A stretch of DNA of 64,000 nucleotides. Origin: Eledone cirrhosa (taxonomy: Eukaryota). Position 1 is the first letter of the stretch. Every line of letters starts with the position of its first letter. The DNA lies in NCBI GenBank assembly GCA_964016885.1, contig OZ024741.1, positions 409,138,001 to 409,202,000 of the forward strand, written 5' to 3'. The notes below the pieces were generated by a model that worked only from the letters and a program-made list of their open reading frames with translations, was not told where the DNA came from and did not search any database. A program made the translations under genes and the position numbers. This document shows positions 1-13,700 of the stretch, in pieces.

Positions 1-1300
1 AAGGGAGACTGTGTACCTATTTTAAGAGGAAGAAGATACCTATTTTAAAAGGAAGACCGTGTACCTATTTTAAAAGGGAGACTGTACCTATTTTAAAAGG
101 AAGACTGTACCTATTTTAAAAGGAAGACTGTGTACCTATTTTAAAAGGAAGACTGTACCTATTTTAAAATGAAGACTGTGTACCTGTTTTAAAAGGGAGA
201 CTGTGTACCTATTTTAAAAGGGAGACTGTGTACCTATTTTAAAAGGAAGACTTACCTATTTTAAAAGGAAGACTGTGTACCTATTTTAAAAGGGAGACTG
301 TACCTATTTTAAAAGGAAGACTGTGTACGTATTTTAAAAGGGAGACTGTGTACCTATTTTAAAAAGAAGACTGTACCTATTTTAAAAGGAAGACTCTACC
401 TATTTTAAAAGGAAGACTGTGTACCTATTTTAAAAGGGAGACTGCACCTATTTTAAAAGGGAGATTGTACCTATTTTAAAAGGAAGACTGTACCTATTTT
501 AGAAGGAAGACTGTACCTATTTTAAAAGGAAGACTGTGTACTTATTTTAAAAGGAAGACTGTACCTATTTCAAAAGGAAGACTATGTACCTATTTTAAAA
601 GGGAGACTGTGTACCTATTTTAAGAGGAAGAAGATACCTATTTTAAAAGGAAGACCGTGTACCTATTTTAAAAGGGAGACTGTACCTATTTTAAAAGGAA
701 GACTGTACCTATTTTAAAAGGAAGACTGTGTACCTATTTTAAAAGGAAGACTGTACCTATTTTAAAATGAAGACTGTGTACCTGTTTTAAAAGGGAGACT
801 GTGTACCTATTTTAAAAGGGAGACTGTGTACCTATTTTAAAAGGAAGACTTACCTATTTTAAAAGGAAGACTGTGTACCTATTTTAAAAGGGAGACTGTA
901 CCTATTTTAAAAGGAAGACTATGTACGTATTTTAAAAGGGAGACTGTGTACCTATTTTAAAAAGAAGACTGTACCTATTTTAAAAGGAAGACTCTACCTA
1001 TTTTAAAAGGAAGACTGTGTACCTATTTTAAAAGGGAGACTGCACCTATTTTAAAAGGGAGATTGTACCTATTTTAAAAGGAAGACTGTACCTATTTTAG
1101 AAGGAAGACTGTACCTATTTTAAAAGGAAAACTGTGTACCTATTTTAAAAGGAAGACTGTACCTATTTCAAAAGGAAGACTATGTACCTATTTTAAAAGG
1201 GAGACTGTGTACCTATTTTAAGAGGAAGAAGATACCTATTTTAAAAGGAAGACCGTGTACCTATTTTAAAAGGGAGACTGTACCTATTTTAAAAGGAAGA
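1..1300. repeat. 598-bp higher-order unit (25 monomers), ~2.2 tandem copies visible
   Basis: AAGGGAGACTGTGTACCTATTTTAAGAGGAAGAAGATACC starts at 1, 599 and 1197. The unit decomposes as 12x25 + 12x23 + 1x22 = 598 bp, with the same variant order in each copy. Confidence 0.92.
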
Positions 1301-4049
1301 CTGTACCGATTTTAAAAGGAAGACTGTACTTATTTTAAAAGGAAGACTGTGTACCTATTTTAAAAGGGAGACTGTGTACCTATTTTAAAAGGAAGACTGT
1401 ACCTATTTTAAAAGGAAGACTGTACCTATTTTAAAAGGAAGACTGTACCTATTTTAAAAAGAAGACTGTACCTATTTTAAAAGGAAGACTGTACCTATTT
1501 TAAAAGGAAGATTGTGTACCTATTTTAAAAGAGAGACTGTACCTATCTTAAAAGGAAGACTGTACTTATTTTAAAAGGAAGACTGTACCTATTTTAAAAG
1601 GGAGACTGTGTACCTATTTTAAAAGGGAGACTGTACCTATTTTAAAAAGAAGACTGTGTACCTATTTTAAAAGGAAGACTGTACCTATTTTAAAAGGAAG
1701 ACTGTACCTATTTTAAAAGGAAGACTGTACCTATTTTAAAAAGAAGACTGTACCTATTTTAAAAGGAAGACTGTACCTATTTTAAAAGGAAGATTGTGTA
1801 CCTATTTTAAAAGAGAGTCTGTACCTATTTTAAAAGGAAGACTGTACTTATTTTAAAAGGAAGACTGTACCTATTTTAAAAGGGAGACTGTGTACCTATT
1901 TTAAAAGGGAGACTGTACCTATTTTAAAAGGAAGACTGTGTACCTGTTTTAAAAGGGAGACTGTACCTATTTTAAAAGGGAGACTGTACCTATTTTAAAA
2001 GGGAGACTGTACCTATTTTAAAAGGAAGATTGTACCTATTTTAAAAGGAAGACTGTGTACCTATTTTAAAAGGAAGGCTGTGTACCTATTTTAAAAGGGA
2101 GACTATGTACCTATTTTAAGAGGAAGCAGATACCTATTTTAAAAGGAAGACTGTGTACCTATTTTAAAAGGGAGACTGTACCTATTTTAAAAGGAAGACT
2201 GTATCTATTTTAAAAGGAAGACTGTGTACCTATTTTAAAAGGGAGACTATGTACCTATTTTAAAAGGAAGACTGTGTACCTATATTAAAAGGGAGACTGT
2301 GTACGTATTTTAAAACGAAGACTGTGTACCTATTTTAAAAGGGAGACTTACCTATTTTAAAAGGAAGACTGTACCTATTTTAAAAGGAAGACTGTACCTA
2401 TTTTAAAAGGAAGACTGTGTACCTATTTTAAAAGGGAGACTGTACCTATTTTAAAAGGAAGACTCTACCTATTTTAAAAGGAAGACTGTACCTATTTTAA
2501 AAGGAAGACTGTGTACCTATTTTAAAAGGAAGACTGTACCTATTTTAAAATGAAGACTGTGTACCTGTTTTAAAAGGGAGACTGTGTACCTATTTTAAAA
2601 GGGAGACTGTGTACCTATTTTAAAAGGAAGACTTACCTATTTTAAAAGGAAGACTGTGTACCTATTTTAAAAGGGAGACTGTACCTATTTTAAAAGGAAG
2701 ACTGTGTACGTATTTTAAAAGGGAGACTGTGTACCTATTTTAAAAAGAAGACTGTACCTATTTTAAAAGGAAGACTCTACCTATTTTAAAAGGAAGACTG
2801 TGTACCTATTTTAAAAGGGAGACTGCACCTATTTTAAAAGGGAGATTGTACCTATTTTAAAAGGAAGACTGTACCTATTTTAGAAGGAAGACTGTACCTA
2901 TTTTAAAAGGAAGACTGTGTACTTATTTTAAAAGGAAGACTGTACCTATTTCAAAAGGAAGACTATGTACCTATTTTAAAAGGGAGACTGTGTACCTATT
3001 TTAAGAGGAAGAAGATACCTATTTTAAAAGGAAGACCGTGTACCTATTTTAAAAGGGAGACTGTACCTATTTTAAAAGGAAGAGTGTACCTATTTTAAAA
3101 GGAAGACTGTACATATTTTAAAAGGAAGACTGTGTACCTATTTTAAAAGGGAGACTGTGTACCTATTTTAAAAGGAAGATTGTACCTATTTTAAAAGGAA
3201 GACTGTACCTATTTTAAAAGGAAGACTGTACCTATTTTAAAAAGAAGACTGTACCTATTTTAAAAGGAAGACTGTACCTATTTTAAAAGGAAGATTGTGT
3301 ACCTATTTTAAAAGAGAGACTGTACCTATCTTAAAAGGAAGACTGTACTTATTTTAAAAGGAAGACTGTACCTATTTTAAAAGGGAGGCTGTGTACCTAT
3401 TTTAAAAGGGAGACTGTACCTATTTTAAAAGGAAGACTGTGTACCTGTTTTAAAAGGGAGACTGTACCTATTTTAAAAGGGAGACTCTACCTATTTTAAA
3501 AGGAAGACTGTACCTATTTTAAAAGGAAGACTGTACCTATTTTAAAAGGAAGACTGTACCTATTTTAAAAGGGAGACTGTGTACCTATTTTAAAAGGGAG
3601 ACTGTACCTACTTTAAAAGGAAGACTGTGTACGTATTTTAAAAGGGAGATGTACCTATTTTAAAAAGAAGACTGTACCTATTTTAAAAGGAAGACTCTAC
3701 ATATTTTAAAAGGAAGACCGTGTACCTATTTTAAAAGGGAGACTGCACCTATTTTAAAAGGAAGACTGTACCTATTTTAAAAGGAAGACTGTACCTATTT
3801 TGAAAGGAAGACTGTGTACTTATTTTAAAAGGAAGACTGTGTACCTATTTTAAAAGGGAGACTATGTACCTATTTTAAGAGGAAGCAGATACCTATTTTA
3901 AAAGGAAGACTGTGTACCTATTTTAAAAGGGAGACTGTACCTATTTTAAAAGGAAGACTGTATCTATTTTAAAAGGAATACTGTACCTATTTTAAAAGGA
4001 AGACTGTGTACCTATATTAAAAGGGAGACTGTGTACGTATTTTAAAAGG

Positions 4050-7000
4050 AAGACTGTGTACCTATTTTAAAAGGGAGACTTACCTATTTTAAATGGAAGA
4101 CTGTACCTATTTTAAAAGGAAGACTGTACCTGTTTTAAAAGGAAGACTGTGTACCTATTTTAAAAGGGAGATTGTACCTATTTTAAAAGGAAGACTCTAC
4201 CTATTTTAAAAGGAAGACTGTACCTATTTTAAAAGGAAGACTATGTACCTATTTTAAAAGGAAGACTGTACCTATTTTAAAATGAAGACTGTGTACCTGT
4301 TTTAAATGGGAGACTGTGTACCTATTTTAAAAGGGAGACTGTGTACCTATTTTAAAAGGAAGACTTACCTATTTTAAAAGGAAGACTGTGTACCTATTTT
4401 AAAAGGGAGACTGTACCTATTTTAAAAGGAAGACTGTGTACGTATTTTAAAAGGGAGACTGTGTACCTATTTTAAAAAGAAGACTGTACCTATTTTAAAA
4501 GGAAGACTCTACCTATTTTAAAAGGAAGACTGTGTACCTATTTTAAAAGGGAGACTGCACCTATTTTAAAAGGGAGATTGTACCTATTTTAAAAGGAAGA
4601 CTGTACCTATTTTAGAAGGAAGACTGTACCTATTTTAAAAGGAAGACTGTACCTATTTTAAAAGGAAGACTGTGTACCTATTTTAAAAGGAAGACTGTAC
4701 CTATTTTAAAATGAAGTCTGTGTACCTGTTTTAAAAGGGAGACTGTGTACCTATTTTAAAAGGGAGACTGTGTACCTATTTTAAAAGGAAGACTTACCTA
4801 TTTTAAAAGGAAGACTGTGTACCTATTTTAAAAGGGAGACTGTACCTATTTTAAAAGGAAGACTGTGTACGTATTTTAAAAGGGAGACTGTGTACCTATT
4901 TTAAAAAGAAGACTGTACCTATTTTAAAAGGAAGACTCTACCTATTTTAAAAGGAAGACTGTGTACCTATTTTAAAAGGGAGACTGCACCTATTTTAAAA
5001 GGGAGATTGTACCTATTTTAAAAGGAAGACTGTACCTATTTTAGAAGGAAGACTGTACCTATTTTAAAAGGAAAACTGTGTACCTATTTTAAAAGGAAGA
5101 CTGTACCTATTTCAAAAGGAAGACTATGTACCTATCTTAAAAGGGAGACTGTGTACCTATTTTAAGAGGAAGAAGATACCTATTTTAAAAGGAAGACCGT
5201 GTACCTATTTTAAAAGGGAGACTGTACCTATTTTAAAAGGAAGACTGTACCTATTTTAAAAGGAAGACTGTACATATTTTAAAAGGAAGACTGTGTACCT
5301 ATTTTAAAAGGGAGACTGTGTACCTATTTTAAAAGGAAGACTGTACCTATTTTAAAAGGAAGACTGTACCTATTTTAAAAGGAAGACTGTACCTATTTTA
5401 AAAAGAAGACTGTACCTATTTTAAAAGGAAGACTGTACCTATTTTAAAAGGAAGATTGTGTACCTATTTTAAAAGAGAGACTGTACCTATCTTAAAAGGA
5501 AGACTGTACTTATTTTAAAAGGAAGACTGTACCTATTTTAAAAGGGAGACTGTGTACCTATTTTAAAAGGGAGACTGTGTACCTATTTTAAAAGGGAGAC
5601 TGTACCTATTTTAAAAGGAAGACTGTGTACCTATTTTAAAAGGAAGACTGTACCTATTTTAAAAGGAAGACTGTACCTATTTTAAAAGGAAGACTGTACC
5701 TATTTTAAAAAGAAGACTGTACCTATTTTAAAAGGAAGACTGTACCTATTTTAAAAGGAAGATTGTGTACCTATTTTAAAAGAGAGTCTGTACCTATTTT
5801 AAAAGGAAGACTGTACTTATTTTAAAAGGAAGACTGTACCTATTTTAAAAGGGAGACTGTGTACCTATTTTAAAAGGGAGACTGTACCTATTTTAAAAGG
5901 AAGACTGTGTACCTGTTTTAAAAGGGAGACTGTACCTATTTTAAAAGGGAGACTGTACCTATTTTAAAAGGGAGACTGTACCTATTTTAAAAGGAAGATT
6001 GTACCTATTTTAAAAGGAAGACTGTGTACCTATTTTAAAAGGAAGGCTGTGTACCTATTTTAAAAGGGAGACTATGTACCTATTTTAAGAGGAAGCAGAT
6101 ACCTATTTTAAAAGGAAGACTGTGTACCTATTTTAAAAGGGAGACTGTACCTATTTTAAAAGGAAGACTGTATCTATTTTAAAAGGAAGACTGTGTACCT
6201 ATTTTAAAAGGGAGACTATGTACCTATTTTAAAAGGAAGACTGTGTACCTATATTAAAAGGGAGACTGTGTACGTATTTTAAAACGAAGACTGTGTACCT
6301 ATTTTAAAAGGGAGACTTACCTATTTTAAATGGAAGACTGTACCTATTTTAAAAGGAAGACTGTACCTGTTTTAAAAGGAAGACTGTGTACCTATTTTAA
6401 AAGGGAGATTGTACCTATTTTAAAAGGAAGACTCTACCTATTTTAAAAGGAAGACTGTACCTATTTTAAAAGGAAGACTATGTACCTATTTTAAAAGGAA
6501 GACTGTACCTATTTTAAAATGAAGACTGTGTACCTGTTTTAAATGGGAGACTGTGTACCTATTTTAAAAGGGAGACTGTGTACCTATTTTAAAAGGAAGA
6601 CTTACCTATTTTAAAAGGAAGACTGTGTACCTATTTTAAAAGGGAGACTGTACCTATTTTAAAAGGAAGACTGTGTACGTATTTTAAAAGGGAGACTGTG
6701 TACCTATTTTAAAAAGAAGACTGTACCTATTTTAAAAGGAAGACTCTACCTATTTTAAAAGGAAGACTGTGTACCTATTTTAAAAGGGAGACTGCACCTA
6801 TTTTAAAAGGGAGATTGTACCTATTTTAAAAGGAAGACTGTACCTATTTTAGAAGGAAGACTGTACCTATTTTAAAAGGAAGACTGTACCTATTTTAAAA
6901 GGAAGACTGTGTACCTATTTTAAAAGGAAGACTGTACCTATTTTAAAATGAAGTCTGTGTACCTGTTTTAAAAGGGAGACTGTGTACCTATTTTAAAAGG

Positions 7001-10000
7001 GAGACTGTGTACCTATTTTAAAAGGAAGACTTACCTATTTTAAAAGGAAGACTGTGTACCTATTTTAAAAGGGAGACTGTACCTATTTTAAAAGGAAGAC
7101 TGTGTACGTATTTTAAAAGGGAGACTGTGTACCTATTTTAAAAAGAAGACTGTACCTATTTTAAAAGGAAGACTCTACCTATTTTAAAAGGAAGACTGTG
7201 TACCTATTTTAAAAGGGAGACTGCACCTATTTTAAAAGGGAGATTGTACCTATTTTAAAAGGAAGACTGTACCTATTTTAGAAGGAAGACTGTACCTATT
7301 TTAAAAGGAAAACTGTGTACCTATTTTAAAAGGAAGACTGTACCTATTTCAAAAGGAAGACTATGTACCTATCTTAAAAGGGAGACTGTGTACCTATTTT
7401 AAGAGGAAGAAGATACCTATTTTAAAAGGAAGACCGTGTACCTATTTTAAAAGGGAGACTGTACCTATTTTAAAAGGAAGACTGTACCTATTTTAAAAGG
7501 AAGACTGTACATATTTTAAAAGGAAGACTGTGTACCTATTTTAAAAGGGAGACTGTGTACCTATTTTAAAAGGAAGACTGTACCTATTTTAAAAGGAAGA
7601 CTGTACCTATTTTAAAAGGAAAACTGTACCTATTTTAAAAAGAAGACTGTACCTATTTTAAAAGGAAGACTGTACCTATTTTAAAAGGAAGATTGTGTAC
7701 CTATTTTAAAAGAGAGACTGTACCTATCTTAAAAGGAAGACTGTACTTATTTTAAAAGGAAGACTGTACCTATTTTAAAAGGGAGACTGTGTACCTATTT
7801 TAAAAGGGAGACTGTGTACCTATTTTAAAAGGGAGACTGTACCTATTTTAAAAGGAAGACTGTGTACCTATTTTAAAAGGAAGACTGTACCTATTTTAAA
7901 AGGAAGACTGTACCTATTTTAAAAGGAAGACTGTACCTATTTTAAAAAGAAGACTGTACCTATTTTAAAAGGAAGACTGTACCTATTTTAAAAGGAAGAT
8001 TGTGTACCTATTTTAAAAGAGAGTCTGTACCTATTTTAAAAGGAAGACTGTACTTATTTTAAAAGGAAGACTGTACCTATTTTAAAAGGGAGACTGTGTA
8101 CCTATTTTAAAAGGGAGACTGTACCTATTTTAAAAGGAAGACTGTGTACCTGTTTTAAAAGGGAGACTGTACCTATTTTAAAAGGGAGACTGTACCTATT
8201 TTAAAAGGGAGACTGTACCTATTTTAAAAGGAAGATTGTACCTATTTTAAAAGGAAGACTGTGTACCTATTTTAAAAGGAAGGCTGTGTACCTATTTTAA
8301 AAGGGAGACTATGTACCTATTTTAAGAGGAAGCAGATACCTATTTTAAAAGGAAGACTGTGTACCTATTTTAAAAGGGAGACTGTACCTATTTTAAAAGG
8401 AAGACTGTATCTATTTTAAAAGGAAGACTGTGTACCTATTTTAAAAGGGAGACTATGTACCTATTTTAAAAGGAAGACTGTGTACCTATATTAAAAGGGA
8501 GACTGTGTACGTATTTTAAAACGAAGACTGTGTACCTATTTTAAAAGGGAGACTTACCTATTTTAAATGGAAGACTGTACCTATTTTAAAAGGAAGACTG
8601 TACCTGTTTTAAAAGGAAGACTGTGTACCTATTTTAAAAGGGAGATTGTACCTATTTTAAAAGGAAGACTCTACCTATTTTAAAAGGAAGACTGTACCTA
8701 TTTTAAAAGGAAGACTATGTACCTATTTTAAAAGGAAGACTGTACCTATTTTAAAATGAAGACTGTGTACCTGTTTTAAATGGGAGACTGTGTACCTATT
8801 TTAAAAGGGAGACTGTGTACCTATTTTAAAAGGAAGACTTACCTATTTTAAAAGGAAGACTGTGTACCTATTTTAAAAGGGAGACTGTACCTATTTTAAA
8901 AGGAAGACTGTGTACGTATTTTAAAAGGGAGACTGTGTACCTATTTTAAAAAGAAGACTGTACCTATTTTAAAAGGAAGACTCTACCTATTTTAAAAGGA
9001 AGACTGTGTACCTATTTTAAAAGGGAGACTGCACCTATTTTAAAAGGGAGATTGTACCTATTTTAAAAGGAAGACTGTACCTATTTTAGAAGGAAGACTG
9101 TACCTATTTTAAAAGGAAGACTGTACCTATTTTAAAAGGAAGACTGTGTACCTATTTTAAAAGGAAGACTGTACCTATTTTAAAATGAAGACTGTGTACC
9201 TGTTTTAAAAGGGAGACTGTGTACCTATTTTAAAAGGGAGACTGTGTACCTATTTTAAAAGGAAGACTTACCTATTTTAAAAGGAAGACTGTGTACCTAT
9301 TTTAAAAGGGAGACTGTACCTATTTTAAAAGGAAGACTGTGTACGTATTTTAAAAGGGAGACTGTGTACCTATTTTAAAAAGAAGACTGTACCTATTTTA
9401 AAAGGAAGACTCTACCTATTTTAAAAGGAAGACTGTGTACCTATTTTAAAAGGGAGACTGCACCTATTTTAAAAGGGAGATTGTACCTATTTTAAAAGGA
9501 AGACTGTACCTATTTTAGAAGGAAGACTGTACCTATTTTAAAAGGAAAACTGTGTACCTATTTTAAAAGGAAGACTGTACCTATTTCAAAAGGAAGACTA
9601 TGTACCTATCTTAAAAGGGAGACTGTGTACCTATTTTAAGAGGAAGAAGATACCTATTTTAAAAGGAAGACCGTGTACCTATTTTAAAAGGGAGACTGTA
9701 CCTATTTTAAAAGGAAGACTGTACCTATTTTAAAAGGAAGACTGTACATATTTTAAAAGGAAGACTGTGTACCTATTTTAAAAGGGAGACTGTGTACCTA
9801 TTTTAAAAGGAAGACTGTACCTATTTTAAAAGGAAGACTGTACCTATTTTAAAAGGAAGACTGTACCTATTTTAAAAAGAAGACTGTACCTATTTTAAAA
9901 GGAAGACTGTACCTATTTTAAAAGGAAGATTGTGTACCTATTTTAAAAGAGAGACTGTACCTATCTTAAAAGGAAGACTGTACTTATTTTAAAAGGAAGA

Positions 10001-10050
10001 CTGTACCTATTTTAAAAGGGAGACTGTGTACCTATTTTAAAAGGGAGACT
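4050..10050. repeat. 2237-bp higher-order unit, ~2.7 tandem copies
   Basis: Rare variant AAATGGAAG has its T at 4094, 6331 and 8568. AAAACGAAG has its C at 6285 and 8522, and ATGAAGTCTG occurs at 4711 and 6948. All offsets are 2237. Boundaries are approximate. Confidence 0.9.
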
Positions 10051-10769
10051 GTACCTATTTTAAAAGGGAGACTCTACCTATTTTAAAAGGAAGACTGTAC
10101 CTATTTTAAAAGGAAGACTGTACCTATTTTAAAAGGGAGACTGTGTACCTATTTTAAAAGGGAGACTGTACCTATTTTAAAAGGAAGACTGTGTACGTAT
10201 TTTAAAAGGGAGATGTACCTATTTTAAAAAGAAGACTGTACCTATTTTAAAAGGAAGACTCTACATATTTTAAAAGGAAGACTGTGTACCTATTTTAAAA
10301 GGGAGACTGCACCTATTTTAAAAGAGAGACTGTACCTATTTTAAAAGGAAGACTGTACCTATTTTAAAAGGAAGACTGTACCTATTTTAAAAGGAAGACT
10401 GTGTACTTATTTTAAAAGGAAGACTGTGTACCTATTTTAAAAGGGAGACTATGTACCTATTTTAAGAGGAAGCAGATACCTATTTTAAAAGGAAGACTGT
10501 ATCTATTTTAAAAGGAATACTGTACCTATTTTAAAAGGAAGACTGTGTACCTATATTAAAAGGGAGACTGTGTACGTATTTTAAAAGGAAGACTGTGTAC
10601 CTATTTTAAAAGGGAGACTTACCTATTTTAAAAGGAAGACTGTACCCATTTTAAAAGGAAGACTGTACCTATTTTAAAAGGAAGACTGTGTACCTATTTT
10701 AAAAGGGAGACTGTACCTATTTTAAAAGGAAGACTCTACCTATTTTAAAAGGAAGACTCTACCTATTTT

Positions 10770-13700
10770 AAAAGGAAGACTGTGTACCTATTTTAAAAGG
10801 AAGACTGTACCTATTTTAAAATGAAGACTGTGTACCTGTTTTAAAAGGGAGACTGTGTACCTATTTTAGAAGGGAGACTGTGTACCTATTTTAAAAGGAA
10901 GACTTACCTATTTTAAAAGGAAGACTGTGTACCTATTTTAAAAGGGAGACTGTACCTATTTTAAAAGGAAGACTGTGTACGAATTTTAAAAGGGAGACTG
11001 TGTACCTATTTTAAAAAGAAGAGTGTACCTATTTTAAAAGGAAGACTCTACCTATTTTAAAAGGAAGACTGTGTACCTATTTTAAAAGGGAGATTGTACC
11101 TATTTTAAAAGGAAGACTGTACCTATTTTAGAAGGAAGACTGTACCTATTTTAAAAGGAAGACTGTGTACCTATTTTAAAAGGAAGACTGTACCTATTTC
11201 AAAAGGAAGACTATGTACCTATTTTAAAAGGAAGACTGTGTACCTATTTTAAGAGGAAGAAGATACCTATTTTAAAAGGAAGACCGTGTACCTATTTTAA
11301 AAGGGAGACTGTACCTATTTTAAAAGGAAGACTGTACCTATTTTAAAAGGAAGACTGTACATATTTTAAAAGGAAGACTGTGTACCTATTTTAAAATGGA
11401 GACTGTGTACCTATTTTAAAAGGAAGACTGTACCTATTTTAAAAGGAAGACTGTACCTATTTTAAAAGGAAGACTGTACCTATTTTAAAAAGAAGACTGT
11501 ACCTATTTTAAAAGGAAGACTGTACCTATTTTAAAAGGAAGATTCTGTACTTATTTTAAAAGGAAGACTGTACCTATTTTAAAAGGGAGACTGTGTACCT
11601 ATTTTAAAAGGAAGACTCTACATATTTTAAAAGGAAGACTGTGTACCTATTTTAAAAGGGAGACTGTACCTATTTTAAAAGGAAGACTGTGTACGTATTT
11701 TAAAAGGGAGACTGTGTACCTATTTTAAAAAGAAGACTGTACCTATTTTAAAAGGAAGACTCTACCTATTTTAAAAGGAAGTCTGTGTACCTATTTTAAA
11801 AGGGAGACTGCACCTATTTTAAAAGGGAGATTGTACCTATTTTAAAAGGAAGTCTGTACCTATTTTAAAAGGAAGACTGTACCTATTTTAAAAGGAAGAC
11901 TGTGTACCTATTTTAAAAGGAAGACTGTGTACCTATTTTAAAAGGGAGACTGTACCTATTTTAAAAGGAAGACTGTGTACGTATTTTAAAAGGGAGACTG
12001 TGTACCTATTTTAAAAAGAAGACTGTACCTATTTTAAAAGGAAGACTCTACCTATTTTAAAAGGAAGACTGTGTACCTATTTTAAAAGGGAGACTGCACC
12101 TATTTTAAAAGGGAGATTGTACCTATTTTAAAAGGAAGACTGTACCTATTTTAGAAGGAAGACTGTACCTATTTTAAAAGGAAGACTGTGTACCTATTTT
12201 AAAAGGATGACTGTACCTATTTTCAAAGGGTGACTGTACCTATTTTAAAAGGGAGATTGTACCTATTTTAAAAGGAAGTCTGTACCTATTTTAAAAGGAA
12301 GACTGTATCTACTTTAAAAGGGAGACTGTACCTATTTTAAAAGGAAGACTGTACCTATTTTAAAAGGAAGACTGTACATATTTTAAAAGGAAGACTGTGT
12401 ACCTATTTTAAAAGGGAGACTGTGTACCTATTTTAAAAGGAAGACTGTACCTATTTTAAAAGGAAGACTGTACCTATTTTAAAAGGAAGACTGTACCTAT
12501 TTTAAAAAGAAGACTGTACCTATTTTAAAAGGAAGACTGTACCTATTTTAAAAGGAAGATTGTGTACCTATTTTAAAAGAGAGACTGTACCTATCTTAAA
12601 AGGAAGACTGTACTTATTTTAAAAGGAAGACTGTACCTATTTTAAAAGGGAGACTGTGTACCTATTTTAAAAGGGAGACTGTACCTATTTTAAAAGGAAG
12701 ACTGTGTACCTGTTTTAAAAGGGAGACTGTACCTATTTTAAAAGGGAGACTCTACCTATTTTAAAAGGAAGACTGTACCTATTTTAAAAGGAAGACTGTA
12801 CCTATTTTAAAAGGGAGACTGTGTACCTATTTTAAAAGGGAGACTGTACCTATTTTAAAAGGAAGACTGTGTACGTATTTTAAAAGGGAGATGTACCTAT
12901 TTTAAAAAGAAGACTGTACCTATTTTAAAAGGAAGACTCTACATATTTTAAAAGGAAGACTGTGTACCTATTTTAAAAGGGTGACTGCACCTATTTTAAA
13001 AGGGAGACTGTACCTATTTTAAAAGGAAGACTGTACCTATTTTAAAAGGAAGACTGTACCTATTTTAAAAGGAAGACTGTGTACTTATTTTAAAAGGAAG
13101 ACTGTGTACCTATTTTAAAAGGGAGACTATGTACCTATTTTAAGAGGAAGCAGATACCTATTTTAAAAGGAAGACTGTGTACCTATTTTAAAAGGGAGAC
13201 TGCACCTATTTTAAAAGGAAGACTGTATCTATTTTAAAAGGAATACTGTACCTATTTTAAAAGGAAGACTGTGTACCTATATTAAAAGGGAGACTGTGTA
13301 CGTATTTTAAAAGGAAGACTGTGTACCTATTTTAAAAAGGAGACTTACCTATTTTAAAAGGAAGACTGTACCTATTTTAAAAGGAAGACTGTACCTATTT
13401 TAAAAGGAAGACTGTGTACCTATTTTAAAAGGGAGACTGTACCTATTTTAAAAGGAAGACTCTACCTATTTTAAAAGGAAGACTGTACCTATTTTAAAAG
13501 GAAGACTGTGTACCTATTTTAAAAGGAAGACTGTACCTATTTTAAAATGAAGACTGTGTACCTGTTTTAAAAGGGAGACTGTGTACCTATTTTAAAAGGG
13601 AGACTGTGTACCTATTTTAAAAGGAAGACTTACCTATTTTAAAAGGAAGACTGTGTACCTATTTTAAAAGGGAGACTGTACCTATTTTAAAAGGAAGACT

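Noticed and set aside
39-52. MADS-box (CArG CC(A/T)6GG or MEF2 YTA(A/T)4TAR) or TATA-like sites in CCTATTTTAAAAGG
   Set aside because: Spacing is CC-W10-GG rather than W6, and the MEF2 consensus is mismatched. AT-rich similarity alone is not evidence of regulation.
47-71. Stable hairpin/terminator or structured ncRNA per monomer (AAAAGG...CCTATTTT)
   Set aside because: The stem is only ~6 mostly A-T pairs with a bulge, too weak to call a terminator or ncRNA without expression data.
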